Shown here piece after piece: positions 52,408 through 62,699 of a stretch of DNA of 62,769 bases; position 1 is the stretch's first letter, and each line of letters begins with the position of its first letter. The notes beneath the pieces are model-generated. The model searched no databases and was not told where the DNA came from. It worked only from the letters and a program-made list of their open reading frames with translations. This DNA comes from Opitutaceae bacterium (GTDB lineage: Bacteria; Verrucomicrobiota; Verrucomicrobiia; Opitutales; Coraliomargaritaceae). The position numbers and the translations under genes were made by a program. The stretch is taken from contig QXZH01000044.1 of assembly GCA_009886465.1 (NCBI GenBank), positions 8,316 to 71,084 on the forward strand, read 5' to 3'.

Positions 52408-53703
52408 ATGCAAAAGATCGAATTTTCCGAGTCGTCAAAATTTCAAAATGCCTTGCGCAAATTTTGCGAGCAAGCAGTCGTTTCTGGCGATCTGACAGAT
52501 GTAGTGACAAGCGTGCTTTCCGATGTGGGGAAGCGCGGTGACCGTGCAGTCCTTGAATACACTGAAAAATTTGATCAAGCGAAGCTCACCGCCAAGGCGA
52601 TGCGGGTTTCGTCTGAGGACCTCAAATCTTCGGTCAAAAGCCTCAGTGCTGCCGACCGCAAGGCCATCCGCGAATCCATCGCCTTGGTCAAAGACTTTCA
52701 CAAAAAGACGCTGCCTAAAGACTGGAAGGCGAAAAATGCCCAAGGTGGCATCGTCGGTGAGCGATTTTACCCCATCCAGCGAGTCGGCCTCTATATCCCC
52801 GGTGGAAACGTACCTCTCGTCTCCACCGTCATCATGACAGCGGTGCTCGCAAAGCTGGTTAAATGCCCGGAAATCGCTGTCTGCACCCCGCCCGATGCAG
52901 ATGGCAATGTCGCGCCTGCTATGTTGGCAGCGCTTTCCATCATAGGTATCGACGAGGTCTACAAAGTGGGTGGTATCCAAGCCATTGGTGCGATGGCCTT
53001 TGGCACCAAAACGATACCAGCGGTCGATAAAATCTACGGTCCTGGTAATGCCTACGTGATGGAAGCCAAACGTCAGGTGCTGGGCACTGTTGGTATTGAC
53101 CTGCTACCTGGGCCGAGTGAAGTGATGATCATCGCTGATGCTGGAGCCAATCCCCGTCATGTCGCCGCCGACCTACTTGCACAAGCTGAGCACGGCAGTG
53201 GCAAAGAGGTCATTTATTTCGCGACGACGAGTCAGTCGCTCCTCGGTAAAATCGAGAAGGCGATCGCTAAGCAATTACCTACGCTCCGCCATGCTGATAA
53301 ATGCGCTAAAATTCTCAATGGTCGCTGCCTCGCCGTGACCTGCAAGACACTTACCCAAGCCGTCAAAGTGGCCAACTACATAGCGCCCGAGCACCTAGAG
53401 CTTCAAGTCGCGGCGGCCTCTATTGAGCCCCTGAGTCAGCAGATCATAACTGCTGGAGCGATTCTTCAGGGCTATATGACGCCTACTGTGCTTGGTGATT
53501 TCACCGCAGGTCCCAGCCACACCCTGCCCACTGGCCGTGCGGGACGCTTCTTCAGTGGTCTCCAAGCGACCGATTTCATGCGCCGCTCCAGCACGGTGCG
53601 CTACGATGCCAAGAGTCTCGCAAAAGCCTCACCCGTTGTGGAGACATTCGCTCGACTCGAGCAGCTCGACGCTCACGGCAAGTCGCTGACGATTAGATTG
53701 TAG
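52408..53703 (+). CDS. hisD: Histidinol dehydrogenase
   Basis: GLYIPGG, GPGNAYV, PGPSE, AQAEH, APEHL, GPSHTLPT; ATG at 52408. Confidence 0.96.
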   Translation: MQKIEFSESSKFQNALRKFCEQAVVSGDLTDVVTSVLSDVGKRGDRAVLEYTEKFDQAKLTAKAMRVSSEDLKSSVKSLSAADRKAIRESIALVKDFHKKTLPKDWKAKNAQGGIVGERFYPIQRVGLYIPGGNVPLVSTVIMTAVLAKLVKCPEIAVCTPPDADGNVAPAMLAALSIIGIDEVYKVGGIQAIGAMAFGTKTIPAVDKIYGPGNAYVMEAKRQVLGTVGIDLLPGPSEVMIIADAGANPRHVAADLLAQAEHGSGKEVIYFATTSQSLLGKIEKAIAKQLPTLRHADKCAKILNGRCLAVTCKTLTQAVKVANYIAPEHLELQVAAASIEPLSQQIITAGAILQGYMTPTVLGDFTAGPSHTLPTGRAGRFFSGLQATDFMRRSSTVRYDAKSLAKASPVVETFARLEQLDAHGKSLTIRL

Positions 53704-53765
53704 TCGACGCCAGTCAAGAGAGCTGACTACATTACTAATTGAGTCGAACCACGGGCGAAGGGCTT

Positions 53766-54689
53766 TTAGAGCGAGTAGACCCCCGCGTCGGTCAGCTTCT
53801 GAATACTTTCGACGACCCGTGCTTTGTCTTCGGGGTAGGTCACACCAAACCAAGGGCTCTGTGTCTGTAAGACAGGGCACTCGACCTCGCCGGCTTTGAT
53901 CAGGCTATCAACAAGACTGGGTAAATAATATTCAGATTTCGGCTCCTGACCGCGAGCTTGCAGGAAGGCCTCGAAATGCACTTCGAGTGGTTCAAAGATC
54001 GCTGGTGTAAAGCCCCAGAAGTTCATCGAGACGACCGCCTCGGCCGAGAGCGGCACGCGTTCGTTCATTTGGTTTTCGCCGCTTAGCTGGCCGTCCGCAT
54101 CCTTGCCGATGGCAGTGTACTCCTGCACGCTTTGCAGCTTGTCGCCTTTGAGCTCACAAATGCCGCGATTGACTGTACCGTGAGGGGAGAGGGTGTTGCG
54201 CAAGGTATATCCGACCATGCAGGCACTGAGTTCCCTCCCAGTCTCCGAGCTCTGATCGGGAGAATGAGCGCCATTTGCCTGAAGTTGCTCGGCCATCTGA
54301 GCGTAAGCTTCACGCCCGTAGAAATCGTCTGCGTTGATCACTGCAAATGGCTCAGTAATGCTATTGCGCGCGGCACGCACAGCGTGTGCCGTCCCCCAGG
54401 GCTTCGTGCGACCTTCGGGGGGTGTGTGATCCCCGGGCAGATCGTGTAGGTCTTGAAAGGCATAGCTTAGCTCGATTTTTCCTGCGTGTTTGTCACCGAT
54501 TTGCCTGCGAAAGTCTTCTTCAAAATCTTTGCGAATGACGAAGACGACCTTAGCAAAACCGGCACAGCAGGCGTCTTTCACCGCATAGTCGATCATGGTT
54601 TCGCCAGATGGCCCCATGGCATCCAGTTGTTTAAGCCCGCCGTAGCGAGATCCCATGCCTGCAGCGAGTAGGAGGAGAGTGGGTTGCAT
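53766..54689 (-). CDS. Sugar-phosphate nucleotidyltransferase (NTP transferase family)
   Basis: LAAGMGSRYGGLKQ, KPWGTAHA, INADDFYG; ATG at 54689. Confidence 0.9.
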   Translation of the reverse strand: MQPTLLLLAAGMGSRYGGLKQLDAMGPSGETMIDYAVKDACCAGFAKVVFVIRKDFEEDFRRQIGDKHAGKIELSYAFQDLHDLPGDHTPPEGRTKPWGTAHAVRAARNSITEPFAVINADDFYGREAYAQMAEQLQANGAHSPDQSSETGRELSACMVGYTLRNTLSPHGTVNRGICELKGDKLQSVQEYTAIGKDADGQLSGENQMNERVPLSAEAVVSMNFWGFTPAIFEPLEVHFEAFLQARGQEPKSEYYLPSLVDSLIKAGEVECPVLQTQSPWFGVTYPEDKARVVESIQKLTDAGVYSL

Positions 54690-54805
54690 GCCTAAGTTGA
54701 TAGCTGTGTATTCTTTGGCTGACAATCTGTAAGTCTCTCTAAATTGCAGGAGATTGCTTTCGCAGTTGAATCGAAGGGACTTATCGTTCTTCTTGCAGTG
54801 ATCCA

Positions 54806-55897
54806 ATGAAGAAGACTTTCGATGCCAGCAGTCGTGCGCTCCCGCACATCCAAGACTTGCACGCCTACGTGCCGGGCGAACAACCGCAGGGTGATGCTTG
54901 GGTCAAACTGAATACCAACGAAAACCCTTATCCACCCTCGCCCAAGGTGACCGAGGCAGTGGCCCTTGAAGTTGAGAACTTACGCAAATATCCCGAACCG
55001 ACTAGCGTGAAACTGCGTGAGTTGATCGGCACGCGTTATGGTCTGGAGCAGAGTAATGTCATTATCGGTAACGGCTCCGATAATATTCTCGACCTGATCA
55101 CACGCTGTTTTGTGTCTAATCCGGGCGCAGGTCACACGGTGCCCAGTTATTCCCTCTACCCAGTGGTAGCCGGTATGTCGGGGCAGGGCTTGGTTGACGT
55201 CAACTTCGACCGCTCCTTACAGCTCGACGTCGAGGCACTGGCCGCGACGCAGGCAAAAGTCTTTTTCCTGACCAATCCAAACGCACCGACGGGCGTCGCC
55301 TTTCCGCTAGAGCAGATTGAAGCGGCCTTGGAGGCGATCGACGACTTGCTTGTGGTCGACGAGGCTTATGTCGATTTCGGCGCCGATTCGGCGGTCTCTT
55401 TGCTCAAGGATTACGAAAACCTGGTCGTCGTGCGCACTTTTTCCAAGTCTTACAGCCTTGCGGGTATGCGAGTAGGCTTCGCCTTGGCTGCTGCGCCCAT
55501 CATCCGCATGCTAGACCGTGTACGTGACGCCTACAACCTCGACCGTGTCGCCCAAGCTGCTGCGCAGGCAGCATTTGAAGATGTCGTGTACTTCGAAGCG
55601 CAGCGCCAGAAGGTAATGGCTACTCGCGAGGCGACCCGTGCGCAGCTCGATGCACACGATTGGTTTACCTACCCCTCCGCCGCGAACTTCCTCTTTACCG
55701 AGCCGAAAAATGCGGCAGGCGAGTCTGGTCCGGAAGTCGCTGCGAGTCTTTTTGAGTATCTTAAATCCCAGCGCGTCCTCGTGCGCTATTTTTCCTCCCA
55801 TCCTTTAACTTGCTCTTTCATCCGAGTCAGCGTAGGAACTGATGCTGAAATGAAGGTTTTTTTAACCGCTGTCGAATCATGGCTGAACAACGCATAG
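54806..55897 (+). CDS. hisC: Histidinol-phosphate aminotransferase (paralog 2)
   Basis: [27 protein letters not shown]; overlaps hisB. Confidence 0.93.
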   Translation: MKKTFDASSRALPHIQDLHAYVPGEQPQGDAWVKLNTNENPYPPSPKVTEAVALEVENLRKYPEPTSVKLRELIGTRYGLEQSNVIIGNGSDNILDLITRCFVSNPGAGHTVPSYSLYPVVAGMSGQGLVDVNFDRSLQLDVEALAATQAKVFFLTNPNAPTGVAFPLEQIEAALEAIDDLLVVDEAYVDFGADSAVSLLKDYENLVVVRTFSKSYSLAGMRVGFALAAAPIIRMLDRVRDAYNLDRVAQAAAQAAFEDVVYFEAQRQKVMATREATRAQLDAHDWFTYPSAANFLFTEPKNAAGESGPEVAASLFEYLKSQRVLVRYFSSHPLTCSFIRVSVGTDAEMKVFLTAVESWLNNA

Positions 55898-56481
55898 CAA
55901 AAATCACTCGCAATACGAAAGAGACTCAGATCCAAATGGAGCTGAATGTCGACGGCACAGGCGTGTCCGAGATCGAGACCGGCATTCCGTTTTTTGACCA
56001 CATGCTGACGCTCTTTGCTAAGCACGGACTCTTCGACCTAAAGGTCAAAGCCACCGGCGATACCGACGTCGATTATCACCACATGGTTGAAGACACAGGC
56101 ATCGTGCTCGGTCAAGCGGTCAAAGAAGCACTGACCGAGAAGCGCGGCATCCGTCGCTACGGCTTCTTTCTTTTGCCGATGGACGAGTCGCTTGCGCGCG
56201 TATCGCTCGACCTGTCTAATCGTCAGGCCTTCGTCTACAAGGTGGACTACCAATTCCCGATGGTGCGCGACTTTAACATCGTGCTAGTGAAAGAGTTTTT
56301 CCAAGCCTTCGCCAACGAGGCCGCGTGCAATCTCCACATCAACCTGGAATATGGCGAAGAGCCTCACCACATCGCCGAAGCCATCTTCAAAGCCTTTGCG
56401 CGTGCCCTCGATGTAGCGACGACGATCGATCCTCGGATGGGCGACGCTTTGCCTAGCACCAAGGGCACCTTGTCGAGTTGA
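55879..56481 (+). CDS. hisB: Imidazoleglycerol-phosphate dehydratase
   Basis: [32 protein letters not shown]. Confidence 0.97.
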   Translation: MAEQRIAKITRNTKETQIQMELNVDGTGVSEIETGIPFFDHMLTLFAKHGLFDLKVKATGDTDVDYHHMVEDTGIVLGQAVKEALTEKRGIRRYGFFLLPMDESLARVSLDLSNRQAFVYKVDYQFPMVRDFNIVLVKEFFQAFANEAACNLHINLEYGEEPHHIAEAIFKAFARALDVATTIDPRMGDALPSTKGTLSS

Positions 56482-56597
56482 GCGATCATTCGTCGAAACC
56501 AGGGGCGCTAGATTGCGCTAAGTATTGAATCTTTCGCAGTTCATTAGGTTGGGATCGATTGTCCTTAAAAGTAGGCGAAAAATTATCGATCACTGAC

Positions 56598-56631
56598 TTG
56601 ACAGAGGAGGGTGCAGTCGCAGTATCCGCGG
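56598..56631 (+). promoter_or_regulatory. Sigma70-like promoter of the tRNA pair with GC-rich discriminator
   Basis: TTGACA-N16-CAGTAT then ccgcgg. Confidence 0.55.
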
Positions 56632-56661
56632 TTCTGTTGGCACACTCGTGTTGACACACCT

Positions 56662-56734
<73 letters not shown>

Positions 56735-56751
56735 GGACATTTTATTACCAG

Positions 56752-56827
<76 letters not shown>

Positions 56828-56831
56828 TTTT

Positions 56832-56865
56832 AAATCCTTTAAAAACAACAATTTAAGGGATTTTT
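56832..56865. terminator. Hairpin between convergent tRNA-Thr and blh, possibly a bidirectional terminator
   Basis: aaatcctttaaa/tttaagggattt inverted repeat. Confidence 0.55.
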
Positions 56866-56868
56866 ATC

Positions 56869-57921
56869 TTAGTCCCTAAGCTGTATTTTATCCATAAAGC
56901 AAACCACGACAGTGTGGGGTAGTGTCAGGACCGATATGCCAATCAAAGCTTTGGCCAACCAATCCAGTTCAATGCCGCGCACCGAAAGGGGTAGAGCAAA
57001 AATAATCCACATGCCTATCAGTGCAATTAGGGTCATCAAACCAGTCAGTTGAAGCCAACGAATGTTTAATTTAAGGTACTGCTTCGAATCTAACAACTGA
57101 CTCCCTGTGGAATCGGTCAGGAGTATTCTCAAGGCGTGGCGTAAACTGTGCCATAGTGCAAAATAACAGCCTATTGCCCACAAGGCGGGAATAAACAAAA
57201 ACCAGCTGATTAAGGCTATACTCTCAATACTATCAATGCACAAGGGACGGATCTCTTTTTTGCTCATGCTAATCGCGGCAGCTAATAAGCTAACAATAGT
57301 CAGTCCCAGTGGGATCAGGAGAAAAACCAAGGGATAACTTGAGACCCACTCCGCTTGGTAGCTAGCTTGCCCACCGCTGTTCACTAATGCTTCAATTACA
57401 TTTCGATAGGTATCATTGCCCAAATAGCCAGGTAATAAGATGGGTATACTGCCTCGCGATAGAGTATGTAATGTAGTGAGAATCTTGGAGCGGGAAAGAT
57501 AAGTCGCTTGGTGGACTTGAACTGAAATATATCGATCACCTTGACCCCAATGAAAAATTGTTAATCCGAGAAAAAACAATGCTGCTGCGGGCGGATTGAA
57601 ATCCCAAAAGGTCAGATAAGCCAGGGCTGTCAAAGTGTAGAGAGACAAGGTAACGATGCGCCTATACCAAGAGTCCTTTCGCAGCATACCCCATAACAGT
57701 AAATGATCCGCACCGCCGTGTGGCATGCCGAATAGAAAAAGGCTTATAAACAGGGGTAGTAGCTGCAGATATATTGGCCATTCTGCGCTCTTAAAGCCGA
57801 GGCCGGCTAAGGGCACAAACAATAACAAACTAAGCGCCATTAATCTTAAGGAATATCTTTTCAGCACAGCTCGCTGACCTGACTGCACCACTGGCACAGG
57901 ACTCCATTCGACCCACTTCAC
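56869..57921 (-). CDS. blh: Brp/Blh beta-carotene 15,15'-dioxygenase
   Basis: Four His motifs GMPHGGAD, FHWG, WHSLRH, LTLPH; GTG at 57921 overlaps the upstream stop (GTGA). Confidence 0.9.
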   Translation of the reverse strand: MKWVEWSPVPVVQSGQRAVLKRYSLRLMALSLLLFVPLAGLGFKSAEWPIYLQLLPLFISLFLFGMPHGGADHLLLWGMLRKDSWYRRIVTLSLYTLTALAYLTFWDFNPPAAALFFLGLTIFHWGQGDRYISVQVHQATYLSRSKILTTLHTLSRGSIPILLPGYLGNDTYRNVIEALVNSGGQASYQAEWVSSYPLVFLLIPLGLTIVSLLAAAISMSKKEIRPLCIDSIESIALISWFLFIPALWAIGCYFALWHSLRHALRILLTDSTGSQLLDSKQYLKLNIRWLQLTGLMTLIALIGMWIIFALPLSVRGIELDWLAKALIGISVLTLPHTVVVCFMDKIQLRD

Positions 57922-58616
57922 GACGCATCCCTTCGCCAAGCACGCCAAAGGCACATACCTTGTAATACAAATAAATTAGTCAGCGTGAAAAACAATATTT
58001 CTTCTACTGGTAAATGCCCGATGCCCCATCCTGTGCGCGTCTCTGGCGTAATCGACCAAATCCCTTCAGATATCGCATAATAATCAGCTATAGACAGATA
58101 AACACTCAAGCCAATCCATAGCGGTGCCCAAGTCTTAAAAGATTTGATCAGCGCATGAGAACCCAGGCCCCATTGTAGCGCTAGTGGTGGGCAGGCCCAA
58201 ACCAGAATAAGCCCGATGTAAGTGCCTGCTGTATGCATTAAGCTAAGCGCGCCGACAAGCCCGACCAAGAGCGCCATGGATAGTCCAGTATAAGAAAACC
58301 TGAGTTTAGTATATTGACTGTGTGGGACCCATGAAGACCAAAGCACTCCCGCTAAGGTAGCCTGAAGGACCATAAAAAAATATTCTTCGATGGGCACGTA
58401 TCCCAAAACCCCAACGACACCTCCTGTTGGATAGGTCCAGATATCACGCATAATTAAGTAATTATCCCAGGGGGTCGTATAGACCAAGGCCACGAAGGCC
58501 ATCAAAGCAATCGGCAGGCGCTCTGTTTTGTTTGCCTTAGTCAGCAGTTTTTTTGCGCAGAGCGAGACGAGTAAAGGCAAACAAACAAAAATAATCAGAA
58601 ATTCTAAATAGGTCAT
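57918..58616 (-). CDS. Membrane lycopene beta-cyclase, fused CrtYc/d type
   Basis: MTYLEFL, YTTPWDNYLI, duplicated PIEE/PVEE motifs, hydrophobic. Confidence 0.88.
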   Translation of the reverse strand: MTYLEFLIIFVCLPLLVSLCAKKLLTKANKTERLPIALMAFVALVYTTPWDNYLIMRDIWTYPTGGVVGVLGYVPIEEYFFMVLQATLAGVLWSSWVPHSQYTKLRFSYTGLSMALLVGLVGALSLMHTAGTYIGLILVWACPPLALQWGLGSHALIKSFKTWAPLWIGLSVYLSIADYYAISEGIWSITPETRTGWGIGHLPVEEILFFTLTNLFVLQGMCLWRAWRRDAS

Positions 58617-58619
58617 TGA

Positions 58620-60932
58620 TTACTTTTTATACAATGAGCGGGTAATGCATTTGATCAAAAAAAACATTTTCTTCGGCTGCTTCACTATAGCGCGATTTTT
58701 GTGGAAATGTTCTGGCTCATTACGAATGACAGTACCTATCTCGCGATACATTCTGGACGCCCAGCGCACAACAATACGAATCCTCAATGGCAGGTAGTCG
58801 ATGCCCGCATCTGAACGTGTATACAATTCATCCGCCATTTGTAGTAGGCGCTCTTTAGCAGCAGTGCATGCTTCACGTGAGTCGCAATCCTCCGAATTTA
58901 AATCTGCAGTCGTGAGTGCCGAAGAAAACAAGTCAGCAGGCAGGTAGATTCTATCATTCTCAGCATCTTCGAAAACATCGCGACAAATGTTGGTTAATTG
59001 CATGGCGATTCCTAAATTATTAGCCTGCTCAAGCGCTTTCTCATCTTTAACCCCGAAAATGGGGCAGAGCATCAGTCCGATTGTGCCTGCTACGCCATGA
59101 CAATATTCAAGCAGTTGCGCTTCTGAGTCCATCCTCACTGATTGCTGCTCCATGAGCATCGCTTGCATGAGCTCGGTAAGAGGTTTGCTCTCTAGGCCCC
59201 AACGCGCTTGAAGGAAGCGATAATGGTCCAAGAGCTCATGAGGTAGGTTATTTTGCCATGCATCCATCGCATCTCGCAGTAGATCTGCATTGCCCCCATC
59301 TGCCCAATCATCGAGCGTTCTACAAATGAAATACAGGCGGAAAACAGCATCTGCCTGAGCTTTTGGCAGAAGTAATGAAGCTAGCGAAAAAGTCTTACTC
59401 TTTGAGCAGAATAATTTCTTTAGATCGCTCATGCAGTCATCCCTAGCCGGTGGCACAAGCTTTTCTATGACACGAGCCGAGGCGACGACTCCTGGCACTC
59501 CGGCTCCAGGGTGAGTGCCTGAGCCACAGAAATAAAGATTTTCAAGTTCCTCTGACTTGTTGTGAAAGCGAAACCATGCGGATTGTGTAAACAAAGGAGC
59601 GATCGAAAAGCCACATCCCCACAAGGTGTTAAATTTGCCTTCAAAGTCATCCGGGGTGACGTAGTGCGAAACTTCGATACAAGTGCTCAACTCTGGTAGT
59701 AAAGTGCTCTCTAGCTGTTGCTCTACCTGTAGTCTTATTCTTTCACCGGCCTCTTTCCAATCAATGTTTGCCTGCTTGTTCGGCACTGGAGCTAGCACGT
59801 AAAAGGCATCTCCGCCGGCAGGTGCCATAGTGCTATCAGTTGCTGCCGGTCGATGCAGGTAAAGGCTGAGGTCATCGGAGAGAACTTTTTGATCATAGAT
59901 CTCTTCCAATAAGTCCTTAAATGTTTCGCCCATAATTATCGTATGGTGCTTTACTTCTGGGTAAGATCGGCTGGTTCCAAAATACCAAACAAATAGCCCC
60001 ATCGAATAAGTGAGCCGATCTATCCTTCGATTCGTCCACTTTTTGCGATGCTGTTCGTCGATTAAATCTCGGTATACTTTTGCTGGGTCCGCATCAAAAA
60101 CAAGCAGATCAGCGCGCTTCTCTTGACCCTCTGCCATCTTGATGCCAACCGCTTTACCATCCTCTACTATAAGCTGATTCGCGCTACAGTTAAGTTCCAG
60201 CTGGATGCCCTCCTCCTGCATCAGTAAGACCAATGCCTCAACTAGTGACCCAGTACCACCCCGAGGGAACCACACCCCCCACTTGCGCTCAAGATAGTGT
60301 ATGAGGCAATAAATTGATGTAGTATTCATGGGGTTACCACCAACGAGCAATGGGTGAATACTAAATGCCCGCCTCAAGCGCTCATCTTTTAGAAAGCTCG
60401 AGACTAGCTTATAAACTGGAAGATAGCTCTTAAGCGCCAGTAGGGCAGGCACCTGACGGATCATGGTCCAGAATTTGTGGAAGGGTTGGTCTGATAGTTT
60501 CTCAAAACCCACCTTAAATATTCTTTTAGAAAAGTTAACTAGGTCGACATATCCCTTTCCCTCTCCTGGAGAGAGGCGATTAATTTCTGCAACGGTATCT
60601 TCAATACTGCCGCCATAATCTAGCTTAGAACCATCGGAAAACTCAAATCTGTACCAGGGTTCAACAGGTAAGAATTCGATGTAGTCCTCACGCTTTTTCC
60701 CAAATAGTGCAAAGAGTTCGTCGAACAAAAAAGGTGCGGTTATCACAGTAGGGCCTGCATCAAATATAAACCCATTGATCTCATAGACCTGAGCCCGTCC
60801 CCCTGCCTTTGGGTTATTATCAATCACGGTTACCACATAACCGAGCCGGCGCAGTCGCAAAGCGGTCGCGATTCCACCGAATCCTGCACCGACAACTATC
60901 GCACTTCGACGATTTTTTGAGCGATGCGGCAT
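58620..60932 (-). CDS. crtI-crtB: Phytoene desaturase-phytoene synthase fusion (CrtI-CrtB)
   Basis: CrtI: GAGFGG, FDAGPTVIT, GTHPGAGVPGV; CrtB: SKTFSLAS, LDDWAD, QLTNICRDVFED...RIYLP; single frame. Confidence 0.9.
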   Translation of the reverse strand: MPHRSKNRRSAIVVGAGFGGIATALRLRRLGYVVTVIDNNPKAGGRAQVYEINGFIFDAGPTVITAPFLFDELFALFGKKREDYIEFLPVEPWYRFEFSDGSKLDYGGSIEDTVAEINRLSPGEGKGYVDLVNFSKRIFKVGFEKLSDQPFHKFWTMIRQVPALLALKSYLPVYKLVSSFLKDERLRRAFSIHPLLVGGNPMNTTSIYCLIHYLERKWGVWFPRGGTGSLVEALVLLMQEEGIQLELNCSANQLIVEDGKAVGIKMAEGQEKRADLLVFDADPAKVYRDLIDEQHRKKWTNRRIDRLTYSMGLFVWYFGTSRSYPEVKHHTIIMGETFKDLLEEIYDQKVLSDDLSLYLHRPAATDSTMAPAGGDAFYVLAPVPNKQANIDWKEAGERIRLQVEQQLESTLLPELSTCIEVSHYVTPDDFEGKFNTLWGCGFSIAPLFTQSAWFRFHNKSEELENLYFCGSGTHPGAGVPGVVASARVIEKLVPPARDDCMSDLKKLFCSKSKTFSLASLLLPKAQADAVFRLYFICRTLDDWADGGNADLLRDAMDAWQNNLPHELLDHYRFLQARWGLESKPLTELMQAMLMEQQSVRMDSEAQLLEYCHGVAGTIGLMLCPIFGVKDEKALEQANNLGIAMQLTNICRDVFEDAENDRIYLPADLFSSALTTADLNSEDCDSREACTAAKERLLQMADELYTRSDAGIDYLPLRIRIVVRWASRMYREIGTVIRNEPEHFHKNRAIVKQPKKMFFLIKCITRSLYKK

Positions 60933-60970
60933 GCCTAAATGTAGCTTATAAAACCTATACCACTTGCTGC

Positions 60971-61879
60971 CTAAGTATTGACCGGCAATAGCCCGTTAGA
61001 TGATGGCAATGGTTTGAGTTCGATAAAAGGAATGAGTAATTCTTTGAGTATGACACAAACTTGCTTGGGTAATGAATCGGCAAGCTGAACTGAATCTGAA
61101 ACTAAGGACTGTTGGTAGTCATTAATATAATCAAAGCACTTCTCGGTAGACATACCATTGTTGGTCAAGATGTGGTATAAATTTGGGCGACCGTTTTTGA
61201 GGTCTGATGAATGCTCCCGCCCCGATTTAGTACCGAGAAAATCACTCTGATCGTCTTTTATTTGATAAGCGACTGCTAGGTTAAGAAATATTGTGTTCAA
61301 GCGATCCACGTCGCTTAGTTGGTCAGCAGTTAATGCGATACAGCGTGCCGGTAAAGCGAATAGGGCACCGGTTTTGCAAGACGCCATACGGTAATAATTT
61401 TCTAATATCAGCTGCTCATTGTGGGCATCAAATTCTAGCTCTGCCACTGCGCCTGATACCGCTGAGCTGACGGCTGCTGTTATCTCACCTGTCCAAACCA
61501 CCTTGGTGGCAGCAGATACTTTCGAATTGATGACGATTTCGTAAGCTTTCGATATAAGTAAATCGCCTATCAAAAGTGCCTTCGCTTTTCCGTACTTCTT
61601 CCAGATCGCCGGACAGCCTCTGCGCTCAGTATCCTCGTCTATGAGGTCATCGTGTATGAGGCTCGCATCATGAAGCAACTGCGTCGAGGCAGCTATATCT
61701 AATAGTGTGTCCTCGGGTAGCCTGTAGGCCATACCTAGGTCTAAACAAATTTTGCCGCGGATATTCTGGCCAGACCAAAAATATGCATCATCCGAAAAAT
61801 CGGCTAGTGTTGAGTCACTAAAAAAACAAGCCCTGAGCCGCCCCTCAAGGCGGCCCAGGGCTGAGGTCTTTAAATCCAT
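60971..61879 (-). CDS. crtE: Geranylgeranyl diphosphate synthase
   Basis: FARM HDDLID...RRG, GDLL, KTGALF, SARM YQIKDDQSD. Confidence 0.88.
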   Translation of the reverse strand: MDLKTSALGRLEGRLRACFFSDSTLADFSDDAYFWSGQNIRGKICLDLGMAYRLPEDTLLDIAASTQLLHDASLIHDDLIDEDTERRGCPAIWKKYGKAKALLIGDLLISKAYEIVINSKVSAATKVVWTGEITAAVSSAVSGAVAELEFDAHNEQLILENYYRMASCKTGALFALPARCIALTADQLSDVDRLNTIFLNLAVAYQIKDDQSDFLGTKSGREHSSDLKNGRPNLYHILTNNGMSTEKCFDYINDYQQSLVSDSVQLADSLPKQVCVILKELLIPFIELKPLPSSNGLLPVNT

Positions 61880-61904
61880 TGTGTGTAAAAACTAGTAATT
61901 TTTA

Positions 61905-62699
61905 CTACACTCTTTCACTGTCACTGGTTGCAGCTACCCAAATAGCGAGTCCAAAGGCCGCTTTGTTAACTAAGTCAGCGAGGTTATAGACTATATCCAG
62001 TGCTCCTGAAGTATTAGCCTCTCCCATGCCAAGGAAGTATCCGATTGGGTAAATTGCCCAACCTACAGTGACAATCAGACGAATCGTCTTGAAAGCATTC
62101 TGAGAGGCAATGTTACCACTGTTTGCGTTAAGCTTGGAGGCTTCACCTGCAAAGATTTCATAGATGATCCAGAGCCATCCAACCATACCAATGATGAATC
62201 CAGTCATTTCTGAAACAAACCCAAGGACTTGAGTCTCGCCTAAGTAACCGCCCACTAGCATGACAAGTGATGCGGCTAAAAGCTTCCAGAAGACGCGCAC
62301 ACTGACCGCGGTCACTGCAGCAAGGATTAAGTAGAACTCTACGATTTGGAGAGGGACAGTAATTAGCCAGTCAATATAGCGGAATACTGTTGGGCTCGTT
62401 CCTGTATCGACCCAGACGTTTCGCATGTAGAGGTAGTGCCAGAAAGCAATACCTGTCACGAGACCAGCAATTGTAAGGGATGTTTTCCACTTACCTTGGG
62501 CACGGTCACGCTCAACGAAGAAAAATACAGTCGCCGCTAGCATGATGGCTGTTGCTAGCCAGAAGCTGATGCCGACGTAATCGGTTGGGCTTAAAGAGCC
62601 ACTGTGGGCAATAGCCTCAACGGAATGGTCACCGCCAAAAGCAAATACTGTTAGAAACAGTGAGCTGAGCAATGTGAATAATACTTTTTTACTATACAT
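61905..62699 (-). CDS. Proteorhodopsin, DTE proton pump, predicted blue-absorbing
   Basis: RYIDWLITVPLQIVEF, AFWHY, GWAIYPIGY, DLVNK retinal lysine, signal peptide. Confidence 0.97.
   Translation of the reverse strand: MYSKKVLFTLLSSLFLTVFAFGGDHSVEAIAHSGSLSPTDYVGISFWLATAIMLAATVFFFVERDRAQGKWKTSLTIAGLVTGIAFWHYLYMRNVWVDTGTSPTVFRYIDWLITVPLQIVEFYLILAAVTAVSVRVFWKLLAASLVMLVGGYLGETQVLGFVSEMTGFIIGMVGWLWIIYEIFAGEASKLNANSGNIASQNAFKTIRLIVTVGWAIYPIGYFLGMGEANTSGALDIVYNLADLVNKAAFGLAIWVAATSDSERV

Noticed and set aside
62170-62215. Carotenoid-antenna (fenestrated) rhodopsin
   Set aside because: The residue equivalent to xanthorhodopsin Gly156 / GPR Phe152 is Phe (TGFIIG), and no hydroxylase or ketolase gene is in the operon
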